Source: Lentisphaeria bacterium (GTDB lineage Bacteria > Verrucomicrobiota > Lentisphaeria > JABSQK01 > JAWLHB01). From it: a stretch of DNA of 20,000 nt. The stretch lies in assembly GCA_041690595.1 (NCBI GenBank), contig JAWLHB010000040.1, positions 55,543 to 75,542 on the forward strand. Reading direction: 5' to 3'. Made by a program: the position numbers and the translations under genes. Below, piece by piece: positions 9,192 to 17,453 of this stretch. Each line of letters starts with the position of its first letter. Position 1 is the first letter of the stretch. A model generated the notes under the pieces. It was not told the origin of the DNA. It worked only from the letters and a program-made list of their open reading frames with translations, and ran no database searches.

Positions 9192-10232
9192 ATGAGTACC
9201 GACAGTTCCTTCTCCGAGTTTGCGAAGCGCCTGCTGCTGATCGTAGTAGTGGCGCTGCTGATCCTCATCACCGCCTTTGCCTTCCAGATCTTTCTGCTCA
9301 TCTTCGCGGGGATTCTGCTGGCCACCTTTCTCTATCGGACCGGGCAGTGGCTGGCTTCGCACACGAAACTGTCGCGGAATTGGAGCATCGCCCTCTTCGT
9401 TGTCGCCATCCTGGCGCTGCTGGTGGGGCTGATCGTGCTGGCCAGTCCGCGGATCGCTGAGCAAGCCTCCCTGCTGGGTGAGATGCTGCCAAAATCTTGG
9501 GAGGAATTGCGGCAGCGGGTGAACGACAACGCGGCGGGCGGCTGGCTGCTGGAACGACTGCCGGATCCGGAGGAAGTGGCGAAGAGCCTCGGGGGGGTGA
9601 TGAAGAAAGCGACCGGGTGGGCCTTCACCTTTTTTGGCGGTCTCTTCGGGTTGCTGGTCGTTCTGGTGCTCGGCTTGTACCTGGCGTTCGGCGCCGACAC
9701 CTATGTCGCGGGCACGCTGGCGCTCGTACCGCGCGCCCATCGCGGCCGGGCGGAAGAGGTGCTGCACGCCCTCAGCGTGACGCTGCACCGATGGCTGGTG
9801 GGGCGCATCCTGGAGATGGCTTTCATCGGGGTGAGCACCTCGATCGGCCTGCTGCTGCTCGGAGTGCCCCTGCCCTTCGCGCTGGGCATGCTTGCCGCCG
9901 TCCTGACCTTCATTCCGAACATCGGCCCCATCCTGGCGCTCGTTCCGGCGCTGCTGCTGGCGGCGCAGAATGGCTGGATGCCGGTCCTTTACGTCGCCAT
10001 CCTCTATACGTCGCTGCAGGCGCTGGAGAGCTATATCCTGACGCCGCTGGTGCAGCGTCAGATGATCTCGATGCCTCCGGCGCTGGTGATCGCGGGGCAG
10101 ATCCTGCTGGCGGTCTTCGCGGGAATACTGGGGGTGCTGCTGGCCACGCCGCTGATCGCCGCCCTGATCGTCATCGTCAAGCTGCTCTATGTGCAGGATA
10201 CCCTGCATGACGAGGTCGAGGTCAAGGAGTGA
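9192..10232 (+). CDS. AI-2E family (PerM-like) transporter
   Basis: Multiple TM segments and motifs FIPNIGP, QALESYILTP, GILGVLLATP. The start codon is uncertain. Confidence 0.9.
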   Translation: MSTDSSFSEFAKRLLLIVVVALLILITAFAFQIFLLIFAGILLATFLYRTGQWLASHTKLSRNWSIALFVVAILALLVGLIVLASPRIAEQASLLGEMLPKSWEELRQRVNDNAAGGWLLERLPDPEEVAKSLGGVMKKATGWAFTFFGGLFGLLVVLVLGLYLAFGADTYVAGTLALVPRAHRGRAEEVLHALSVTLHRWLVGRILEMAFIGVSTSIGLLLLGVPLPFALGMLAAVLTFIPNIGPILALVPALLLAAQNGWMPVLYVAILYTSLQALESYILTPLVQRQMISMPPALVIAGQILLAVFAGILGVLLATPLIAALIVIVKLLYVQDTLHDEVEVKE

Positions 10233-10251
10233 TCAGCGGCATGGCGCGCGC

Positions 10252-12834
10252 TCAGGTGGTGAAGGTGAAGCCGTCATCCTCGTTGTGGTCGACGTGGAGC
10301 GTATCCCCTTCGTTCAAGTCACCCGCGATGAGCAGGCGACTGATGGGGGACTCCAGTTCGCGCCGCAGCGCCCGCTTGAGGGGACGAGCCCCATAGACGG
10401 GATCGTAACCTTCTTCGGCCAGCGCCCGGCGGGCGGCATCGGTAAGCTCCATCTCGATCCGCTGCACGGCGAGACGGCGGCGGAAGTCGGCCAACTGAAT
10501 GTCGACGATCTGCAGGAGATCCTCGCGGGTGAGGGACTGGAAGACGACGATATCGTCGACCCGATTGAGGAACTCCGGCCGGAAGAAGCGCCGCAGCTCT
10601 GCCAGCACCTTCGCTTCGGCCTGCTCCACGTTGCGATCCGCCTCCTGGAGATGCTGACTGCCGATGTTGCTGGTCATGATGACGATGGTATTCTTGAAAT
10701 CGACAACATGGCCCTGCGAGTCGGTCAGCCGGCCGTCGTCGAGCAGTTGCAGCAGGACGTTGAAAACATCCGGATGCGCCTTTTCGACCTCGTCGAGGAG
10801 AATGACGCTGTAGGGGCGGCGGCGAATCGCTTCCGTCAGCTGCCCCCCTTCCTCGTAGCCGACATAGCCGGGAGGCGCGCCGATGAGGCGGGAGACGCTG
10901 TGCTTCTCCATGTACTCCGACATATCGATGCGCACGAGGGCGCGTTCATCATCAAAGAGAAACTCCGCCAGCGTACGCGCCAGCTCCGTCTTGCCGACGC
11001 CGGTGGGGCCGAGGAAGATGAAGCTGCCGATGGGCTGCTGGGCATTCTGCAGACCGGCCCGTGAACGCAGGATGGCATCGGCCACCGCGTCGACGGCCTG
11101 GTTCTGCGAGATCACCCGCTTGTGCAACTGGTCCGCGAGACGCAGCAGCCGTTCGCGCTCGCCCTGCAGGAGCTTACTGACGGGGACGCCGGTCCAGCGG
11201 CTGATGATGCCGGCGATGTCCTGTTCGTCGACCTCTTCCTTGAGCATGCGTTTGCCGCCGCCTTCGCGCAGATGCCCCTCCTGCTCGGCGATCTTCTTTT
11301 CGAGGTTGGGGATGGTGCCATACTGCAGCTCGGCGACCCGATTGAGATCGTACTCGCGCTCGGCGGCACTGAGCTGGCGGCGGGCCAGCTCGATGGACTC
11401 ACGGAGCCCCTGGAGGTCACCGATGGCGCTCTTCTCCTGCTCCCACTCCGTCTGCAGGGCCGTCAGCTTCTCGTTGACGTCGGCAAGCTCCTTTTCGAGG
11501 GAGTGGAGGCGTTCGCGCGAGGCGTCGTCCTTCTCCTTCTGAAGGCCGGCAACCTCAATGTCCATCTGCAGCTTGCGGCGAGCCAGCTCGTCGATCTCGA
11601 CGGGACGGCTGTCCATCTCGGTGCGCAGCTTGGCGGCGGCTTCGTCGACGAGGTCGATGGCCTTGTCGGGGAGCATGCGTTCACCGATATAGCGGTCGGA
11701 GAGCATGGCGGCGGCGACGAGGGCGCTGTCGCGAATCTTGACGCCATGGTGGATCTCGTAGCGCTCGCGGAGTCCGCGCAGGATGCTGATGGTGTCCTCG
11801 ACGGAGGGCTCCTGAACGAGCACCGTCTGGAAGCGCCGCGCCAGGGCCTTGTCCTTCTCGACGTGCTTGCGGAACTCGTCGAGGGTGGTGGCGCCGATGC
11901 AGTGCAGCTCGCCGCGGGCCAGCATGGGCTTGAGAAGGTTGCCGGCATCCATCGCCCCTTCCGCCGCGCCGGCGCCGACGACCGTGTGCATCTCGTCGAT
12001 AAAGAGGATGATCTCCCCTTCCGCCTCGGTCACCTCCTTGAGCACCGCCTTGAGCCGCTCTTCGAACTCGCCGCGGAACTTGGCGCCGGCGATGAGGGCG
12101 CCCATGTCGAGGGCGACGACCCGGCGGTTCTTGAGCCCCTCCGGGACATCCTGATCGATAATGCGGCGGGCAAGACCTTCAACGATGGCCGTCTTGCCGA
12201 CGCCGGGATCGCCGATGAGCACGGGGTTGTTCTTGGTCCGGCGCGAGAGGATCTGGATGACGCGTCGAATCTCGTCATCGCGCCCGATCACGGGATCGAG
12301 CTTGTCGCGGCGGGCCATCTCGGTGAGGTCGCGCGCATACTTGTCGAGCGCCTCGAAGGTGGCCTCGGGATTCTGCGAGGTGACGCGCTGGTTGCCGCGG
12401 ACGGCGCGCAGCGCTTCCATGACCCGATCGTCGGTGATCGAAAACTCCCGGGCCAGCTCCCTGGTCGCCGAATCGTGCCGAATCAGCGCGAGAAAGAGAT
12501 GCTCCGCGCTGACATACTCGTCGCGCATCTGCTTGGCGATGCTCTCCGCATGGGAAAAGATCTGGGCGAGGTCGCGGGACATGCCGAGCTGACCGCCGGC
12601 GCCAGGGCCGGTAACGGCCGGAATCTTGCGCAGCAGCTCCTCGATACGCTCCCGCAGACGCTGCTCCGGCACCTCGAGGCGACGCAACAGGGCCCCGACG
12701 AGGCCGCTCTCCTGCGCGAGCAGCGCCGCCAGCAGGTGAACCGGCCGCATCTCCTGATGATTGCGCTCCGCCGCCAGCTGATGAGCCGCCTGTATCGCTT
12801 CGCGCGATTTTTCCGTATACATATTAAGATCCAT
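10252..12834 (-). CDS. clpB: ATP-dependent chaperone ClpB
   Basis: 860 aa with a Clp N-domain, NBD1 [14 protein letters not shown], coiled-coil middle domain, and NBD2 [36 protein letters not shown]. Confidence 0.98.
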   Translation of the reverse strand: MDLNMYTEKSREAIQAAHQLAAERNHQEMRPVHLLAALLAQESGLVGALLRRLEVPEQRLRERIEELLRKIPAVTGPGAGGQLGMSRDLAQIFSHAESIAKQMRDEYVSAEHLFLALIRHDSATRELAREFSITDDRVMEALRAVRGNQRVTSQNPEATFEALDKYARDLTEMARRDKLDPVIGRDDEIRRVIQILSRRTKNNPVLIGDPGVGKTAIVEGLARRIIDQDVPEGLKNRRVVALDMGALIAGAKFRGEFEERLKAVLKEVTEAEGEIILFIDEMHTVVGAGAAEGAMDAGNLLKPMLARGELHCIGATTLDEFRKHVEKDKALARRFQTVLVQEPSVEDTISILRGLRERYEIHHGVKIRDSALVAAAMLSDRYIGERMLPDKAIDLVDEAAAKLRTEMDSRPVEIDELARRKLQMDIEVAGLQKEKDDASRERLHSLEKELADVNEKLTALQTEWEQEKSAIGDLQGLRESIELARRQLSAAEREYDLNRVAELQYGTIPNLEKKIAEQEGHLREGGGKRMLKEEVDEQDIAGIISRWTGVPVSKLLQGERERLLRLADQLHKRVISQNQAVDAVADAILRSRAGLQNAQQPIGSFIFLGPTGVGKTELARTLAEFLFDDERALVRIDMSEYMEKHSVSRLIGAPPGYVGYEEGGQLTEAIRRRPYSVILLDEVEKAHPDVFNVLLQLLDDGRLTDSQGHVVDFKNTIVIMTSNIGSQHLQEADRNVEQAEAKVLAELRRFFRPEFLNRVDDIVVFQSLTREDLLQIVDIQLADFRRRLAVQRIEMELTDAARRALAEEGYDPVYGARPLKRALRRELESPISRLLIAGDLNEGDTLHVDHNEDDGFTFTT

Positions 12835-12886
12835 GGTCCATCTCCTGAGGAGTTACAGTGACACGTTATTGCTTCGGTAATCCATT

Positions 12887-12902
12887 AGCAGCAATGCTGC
12901 CA
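12887..12902 (-). promoter_or_regulatory. Candidate sigma54 (-24/-12) promoter of clpB
   Basis: Minus strand reads TGGCAGCATTGCTGCT, i.e. TGGCA followed by GG-N10-GC spacing, about 50 bp upstream of the clpB ATG. Confidence 0.5.
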
Positions 12903-12920
12903 GATGCCACCACGCCTCTA

Positions 12921-12945
12921 TAAGTCACTGTCAACCAAGAACTTA
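12921..12945. promoter_or_regulatory. TAAGT-N15-ACTTA inverted motif containing an IHF-like site
   Basis: AACCAAGAACTTA (12933-12945) has one mismatch to the IHF consensus WATCAANNNNTTR. Confidence 0.4.
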
Positions 12946-13042
12946 CGTGCCTTTTCCGACAACCTCACCATATCCGCCACGTGCGCCATCCTGTCCCACC
13001 TTCGTGCCATGCGTCATGGCGCGCAAGCCTGGATTTCGGCTA

Positions 13043-13070
13043 TTGCAAATGGGTCGAGCGCGGCTATAGT
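13043..13070 (+). promoter_or_regulatory. Candidate sigma70 promoter of tRNA-Thr
   Basis: TTGCAA-N16-TATAGT, followed by a GC-rich stretch, 30 bp upstream of the tRNA. Confidence 0.6.
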
Positions 13071-13099
13071 AGCGCTGCATTATCCGGTATGCCTGAAGA

Positions 13100-13175
13100 G
13101 CCAGCATAGCTCAGTTGGTAGAGCAGCTGATTTGTAATCAGCAGGTCGTCGGTTCAAGTCCGTCTGCTGGCTCCA
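13100..13175 (+). tRNA. tRNA-Thr(TGT)
   Basis: 76 nt. Acceptor stem GCCAGCA/TGCTGGC, D-arm GCTCAGTTGGTAGAGC, anticodon arm GCTGA-TTTGTAA-TCAGC, T-loop GTTCAAGTC, encoded CCA. Confidence 0.98.
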
Positions 13176-13225
13176 CTCCCTCAACCTCGAAAGTGAGGCT
13201 GTTCTCCAGACAGCTTGCTGAAGGT

Positions 13226-13585
13226 ATGGCTTTGATGGAATCGCTTGGTGAGCAGGGAGACCTTACAGACGACATACGGGATTTTGTGGAAGAGTGCTAC
13301 ACGTCCACCCGTTGGTACCACAAGCGGAGCGCTGAACGGCGGCGGTTTGATCGAATCGTGTCGGACGAGATGGCCAAAGGGATGACGATCGAGACAGCGA
13401 TCCAGAAGGCAAGACGCCAGGTTCCCGAGATTGCTGCGGTTGTCTCGCAGCAGACGATACCCGAACTGACAGAGTACTTCTCGCAGCTCCGGCGCCTGGA
13501 AATGGAGATCACCATTGCCAACAACTTCTTGAAGCTCGCGGAGGCCAGGAAGCGAAAGGAACAAAGGGAACGAAGGGCAACGTAG
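13226..13585 (+). CDS. Hypothetical helical protein (119 aa)
   Basis: GAAGG RBS before the ATG at 13226. Protein-like helical composition with a basic C-terminus. The upstream part of the listed ORF overlaps the tRNA and is spurious. Confidence 0.7.
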   Translation: MALMESLGEQGDLTDDIRDFVEECYTSTRWYHKRSAERRRFDRIVSDEMAKGMTIETAIQKARRQVPEIAAVVSQQTIPELTEYFSQLRRLEMEITIANNFLKLAEARKRKEQRERRAT

Positions 13586-13824
13586 CTGATGCCTGTCTGG
13601 ATCCCGCTTTTCCCAGTCACAAAATCCCCCGGGTTGCCGCTCGGCAGCCCATCGCCACAGTAGATGCACCCGCTTCGGTGCGATGGACAAAGGGTAGACA
13701 TGATCTCTGTAGGCGCCGGAACTCCCTACATCTTCGGGTGCCGAGAGCCAAGCGCAGCCCAAGATGGAATATCCATGTTGTCAGTTCCTCGCGCTCCGTT
13801 GCTCAACATTTCACCTGAAATTGT

Positions 13825-13853
13825 TTGACAATAAATGCGCGCGCAGAGATATT
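13825..13853 (+). promoter_or_regulatory. Candidate sigma70 promoter of the HNH gene
   Basis: TTGACA-N17-GATATT, immediately preceded by the dyad ATTTCA-CC-TGAAAT (13808-13821). Confidence 0.45.
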
Positions 13854-13907
13854 AGGCATGCCCAAGGCCATGAGTCCCGGCAGAAAACATTAATGGGATA
13901 ATTGGAG

Positions 13908-14426
13908 ATGACTGTCAGGCTTACTATTCCTGCTGCCCTAAAACGCCGCATTCTTGTGGAAGCTGGCCACAGGTGCGCCATTGCGACTTGTCGGCATCCT
14001 ACTACCGAACTCGCCCATATCATTCCCTATAGCGAAGTCAAGGTTCACGAGTATCGGAACCTGATTGCCCTCTGTCCAAACTGCCATGCGCGTTATGACC
14101 GAGGAGAAATTGACCGGAAATCGATGCTCGTATACAAGCGAAAGGTAGCTTTTTTATCTGATCGCTACTCTTCTTTTGAAATAAATGTCATGCAATATCT
14201 TCAAACTAACAAGTCTGTTTCTATCTATGGATACCTATTGGTAAAGAACATTATAGATGATGGATTGGTTTACAACGCGCAAACCATGTCAAGCTTCGAT
14301 TACGGCGATGGGCGGAAGGAAGTTCTGGAGTTCATAGTAGCACCGACAGACAAAGGCAAGGCGTTTATTAATGCATGGGCAGACCCTTCGAACGAAACGC
14401 TCACTTATGAGGGGGCGCCGTTTTGA
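13908..14426 (+). CDS. HNH endonuclease (Zn-binding) with winged-helix-like C-terminal domain
   Basis: RCAIATC...AHIIP...NLIALCPNCHARYD is a Zn-bound HNH core. The C-terminal 'LVKNIIDDGLV...PTDKGKAF' resembles a wHTH. The start could be TTG at 13902. Confidence 0.88.
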   Translation: MTVRLTIPAALKRRILVEAGHRCAIATCRHPTTELAHIIPYSEVKVHEYRNLIALCPNCHARYDRGEIDRKSMLVYKRKVAFLSDRYSSFEINVMQYLQTNKSVSIYGYLLVKNIIDDGLVYNAQTMSSFDYGDGRKEVLEFIVAPTDKGKAFINAWADPSNETLTYEGAPF

Positions 14427-14959
14427 TTCAAAGACATTAATTTTACCGACGCCGCTTTGCGGCCCATAGGCATTGAGATGATGGAATTCAACCGCAATGC
14501 TTTCTTCCTCCGATTTGCTCCCTATCGGTGGTCTTTGGACAAGTTCGCGAACTTCGCGAGATTCGCTGCGTCCCGCCGGGGCGCTGCGTGGAGTGGAACA
14601 TTGAGTGGTCATTCGGACTCGATTCTTTCGCTGCTCTGGCCGACAAGTATGCAGAGAGATTGTGGATTACACGCGGGACCTTCGGAAACATGAGCACAGC
14701 AGACTATTGACCAGCAGACTGTGCCGTGCTGCACCACTCCGACAGTGGATCGGCCCCGGAAGACTTGGCGATCGTGTTTTTCACGCGCGATGATTGCATG
14801 CCGAACGTCGCACCGCTACATTCTAATTGATCCGGAACACGTGCAATCCCCTCTCGCCATCGTACCATGTCAGTACAACAAGTGCCTTGGCGGAAGGGAT
14901 TCCGCGAGAACGCGATTTCGTTAGCTACATGGATGAACCATCATAATGGAGAGATGAGA

Positions 14960-15256
14960 ATGGGATCACAGCTTTCAGGACCGTATGAAGAGGACGCCAA
15001 TATTCAAGTCACGACACTCTCGTGTCCCTGCGATGATCACCACAACAGGGACCAATATAAAGTAACTGGACGAGCCTTCCTGAACAGCAATGGGATCCAA
15101 AGTATTCTCCTTTGTCCTTCTTCCAAGGAGGTCTACATGGTATATTCTATCATTGATCTCGGTGCCCCTGCAGACAAGCTTTATGCTGAGATCACCGTGG
15201 AGCCGGTGCCCGCAGGTGTGAGTACTTTTCCACTTGGTGCTCCACCTCGTCTATAA
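14960..15256 (+). CDS. Hypothetical small protein (~98 aa)
   Basis: GGAGAG upstream of ATGs at 14954 and 14960. Open frame with Cys/His cluster CPCDDHH and another Cys in LCP. Followed by a terminator-like hairpin. Confidence 0.55.
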   Translation: MGSQLSGPYEEDANIQVTTLSCPCDDHHNRDQYKVTGRAFLNSNGIQSILLCPSSKEVYMVYSIIDLGAPADKLYAEITVEPVPAGVSTFPLGAPPRL

Positions 15257-15303
15257 GATAGCCCGAGGCCAATCAAGCGTAGAACTGTTGATGGCAGGGG
15301 AAT

Positions 15304-15340
15304 GCCGATCGCGTGAAGCAATTCACGCTGGCGTTTCTTT
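15304..15340 (+). terminator. Possible intrinsic terminator
   Basis: GCGTGAA-GCAA-TTCACGC is a 7-bp stem with a GNRA loop, extendable by GCC/GGC, followed by TTTCTTT. Confidence 0.45.
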
Positions 15341-15547
15341 GCGCATTAGTGGATCGCCGCCGGTAGTCGTATTGCCGGAGCTTTTACGTCTCGGCGAGAA
15401 ACTTTGTACACCTTGATTTGAATATCTTGAGCATTCCACCTTTGCACAGGCGGCTCTCGGTTGCCGTCCGCGAAGCCAGAGCGACGAAGGCGTGCTCGAA
15501 GTGACGGTGCGCTGGTCACCGAGGTATCTGACAATCTTCTAAGCGAA

Positions 15548-15576
15548 TTGACAGAAGGGCGCCGGGCGTCTATCAT
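15548..15576 (+). promoter_or_regulatory. Sigma70 promoter of the mod-res operon
   Basis: TTGACA-N17-TATCAT, near consensus, 56 bp upstream of the mod ATG. Confidence 0.75.
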
Positions 15577-15632
15577 TGAGGGCCGCTGTTGGCCATCCGA
15601 GGGAAAGATATGTATCAGCTCAGGGAGAAGGT

Positions 15633-17450
15633 ATGCCGTCACTGGAGTTCAAGGGTAAGCAGTTCGTTTACTCACACCACTTGAGCGTGCCGTTTCGCGA
15701 GCTGCGGGTGGTGCCGGAGAAGTCGCTGCCGATCCCGGATGGTCAGCCCAGCCTCGCCGACAACCTGATTATCCATGGCGACAATCTGGAAGCCCTCAAG
15801 GCACTACTACCCACTCACGCCGGCAAGGTCGACTGCATTTTCATCGACCCGCCCTACAACACGGGCGAGGAAGGCTGGTGCTACAATGACAATGTCCGCT
15901 CGCCGCTGATGCTGGAATGGTTGAAGCGGTCGGCCAATCCAGTGGACAAGGAAGACCTGGAAAGGCACGACAAGTGGCTCTGCATGATGTGGCCTAGACT
16001 CCATCTTCTCAGGGACTTGCTTTCCGATGATGGCCTCATTTGGATGACGTTGGATGATAATGAATCGCATAGAGCCAGAGTGATTCTTGACGAGGTTTTC
16101 GGAGAACAAAACTTTATTGCATCTGTATCATGGAGAAAGCGATATACTAGAAGCAACAACGCCAAGATGTTTTACTCACAACGCGATAACGTACTGCTAT
16201 ACAGACGTAGCGAGAAGCTTTCAGTTATAAAAGAACCAAGAACTCAGAAATCTGACTCTAACTATTCCAATCCCGACAACGATCCTCGTGGACCGTGGAT
16301 GACCTCCTCCTACGTCAACCCTGCTACGAAAGAGAAAAGAGCGAATCTTAGCTACAATATTGAGGCGCCACCAGGACGGCCTCCTGTTGAGCACCCGACT
16401 CACGCGTGGAAGTACAGTCCCGAGGAACACGAGCGCCACAAAGCCGAGAACCTGCTCTGGTGGGGGATTGATGGAAAAGCAGAATATCCCCGACTCAAGC
16501 TCTTTTTGGATCAAGCTGACCAAATGGTTCCGGTTGATTTCTGGGATTACACGGAAGCCGGCTCGTCTGACGACGGTGGAGAGGTCCTAAAGCGGCTTTT
16601 CGGGTCGGCCGTGTTTGACAACCCAAAGCCCGTTGAGCTTGTGCAGAAGGTTCTCTCTATCATGAATAGGAAAAACACGCTGGTTCTCGACTCCTTTGCT
16701 GGCTCTGGTACCACGGCTCATGCCGTACTTGAGGCGAACAGGAAGGACGGCGGCAATCGGCGATTTATTCTGATCGAGTGCGAAGACTATGCCGATACAC
16801 TGACCGCGGAGCGGGTCCGACGGGTTATCAACGGCTACAGCTTCTCTGGGACGATACGGGAACAGCTTTACGAGCAGAAGATCACCTGGACAACCTTCGC
16901 GAAACAGCAGCAGAAAATCATGCAAGAGGTGGCCTACCTGGAGCAGCGGCACGCGAGCGACTTCGACAGCATCAAGAAGCAGATCAGCGACGGCGTGTTG
17001 ACCGTAACCGGCGAGCGCGCGGTGAAGGAGAATGCCCCCGGCATCGGCGGAAGTTTTACCTTTTGTGAGTTGGGCCAGCCCATCGACATCGGAAGTCTGC
17101 TCGCTGCCGACGATGGGATGCCGAGCTTCGAAGCACTGGCGCGTTACGTCTTCTACACGGCGACAGGCATGTCGGTGGAGGATGTACCAGAGGCCAGGGA
17201 CGACGGTTTCGTTGGCGAGACTGATCTGTTCCGCGTACATCTCTTCTATCAACCCGTCAAGGATTGGCTGCGCTCAAATGATGCGGCCCTGACAGCGGAG
17301 CGGGTCGCGGCGGTGGAGAAGTCGAACACTTCGGGGAAACGGGCCATTGTTTTCGCGGTCGCCAAGTTCATGAGCCAGAAGGTTCTGACACCCAAGCGCA
17401 TCGAGTTCTGCCAGTTGCCCTATGCCGTCCACCGCATCCTGGGAGACTGA
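15633..17450 (+). CDS. mod: Type III R-M system Mod subunit (beta-class amino-DNA methyltransferase)
   Basis: IIHGDNLEALKAL, catalytic FIDPPYNTG, HDKWLCMM, central TRD, PKP, SAM-binding VLDSFAGSGTT (motif IV before motif I). GGGAG/AAGG RBS. Adjacent to res. Confidence 0.93.
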   Translation: MPSLEFKGKQFVYSHHLSVPFRELRVVPEKSLPIPDGQPSLADNLIIHGDNLEALKALLPTHAGKVDCIFIDPPYNTGEEGWCYNDNVRSPLMLEWLKRSANPVDKEDLERHDKWLCMMWPRLHLLRDLLSDDGLIWMTLDDNESHRARVILDEVFGEQNFIASVSWRKRYTRSNNAKMFYSQRDNVLLYRRSEKLSVIKEPRTQKSDSNYSNPDNDPRGPWMTSSYVNPATKEKRANLSYNIEAPPGRPPVEHPTHAWKYSPEEHERHKAENLLWWGIDGKAEYPRLKLFLDQADQMVPVDFWDYTEAGSSDDGGEVLKRLFGSAVFDNPKPVELVQKVLSIMNRKNTLVLDSFAGSGTTAHAVLEANRKDGGNRRFILIECEDYADTLTAERVRRVINGYSFSGTIREQLYEQKITWTTFAKQQQKIMQEVAYLEQRHASDFDSIKKQISDGVLTVTGERAVKENAPGIGGSFTFCELGQPIDIGSLLAADDGMPSFEALARYVFYTATGMSVEDVPEARDDGFVGETDLFRVHLFYQPVKDWLRSNDAALTAERVAAVEKSNTSGKRAIVFAVAKFMSQKVLTPKRIEFCQLPYAVHRILGD

Positions 17451-17453
17451 GCC

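Noticed and set aside
11122..12861. Long antisense ORFs (also 4007-5386, 10189-11064, 6150-7163, 562-1386, 9174-10208)
   Set aside because: They are shadow frames of well-supported genes in GC-rich DNA and have no recognisable motifs.
12885..12910. CIRCE (HrcA) element upstream of clpB: TTAGCA...TGCCAC
   Set aside because: It lacks the CTC/GAG core and the spacing is one base short. The sigma54 reading fits better.
13115..13225. N-terminal extension of the 13115..13585 ORF
   Set aside because: It is a translation of the tRNA-Thr sequence. The real start is probably 13226.
13297..13776. Minus-strand ORFs with CIYCG and DHVYPLS (HNH-like words) and an in-frame TAG after a GAGGA-ATG
   Set aside because: The motifs are in different frames and in the wrong order for an HNH domain, and they overlap the better plus-strand gene. 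There is no support for amber readthrough.
14427..14930. Short overlapping ORFs (possible decayed gene) and the 14-bp palindrome AAGTTCGCGAACTT at 14541-14554
   Set aside because: No recognisable family or RBS, and a single palindrome is not enough. tBLASTn would be needed to call a pseudogene.
15633..17450. Phase-variable mod (phasevarion)
   Set aside because: No simple-sequence repeat tract was seen in mod or its promoter.
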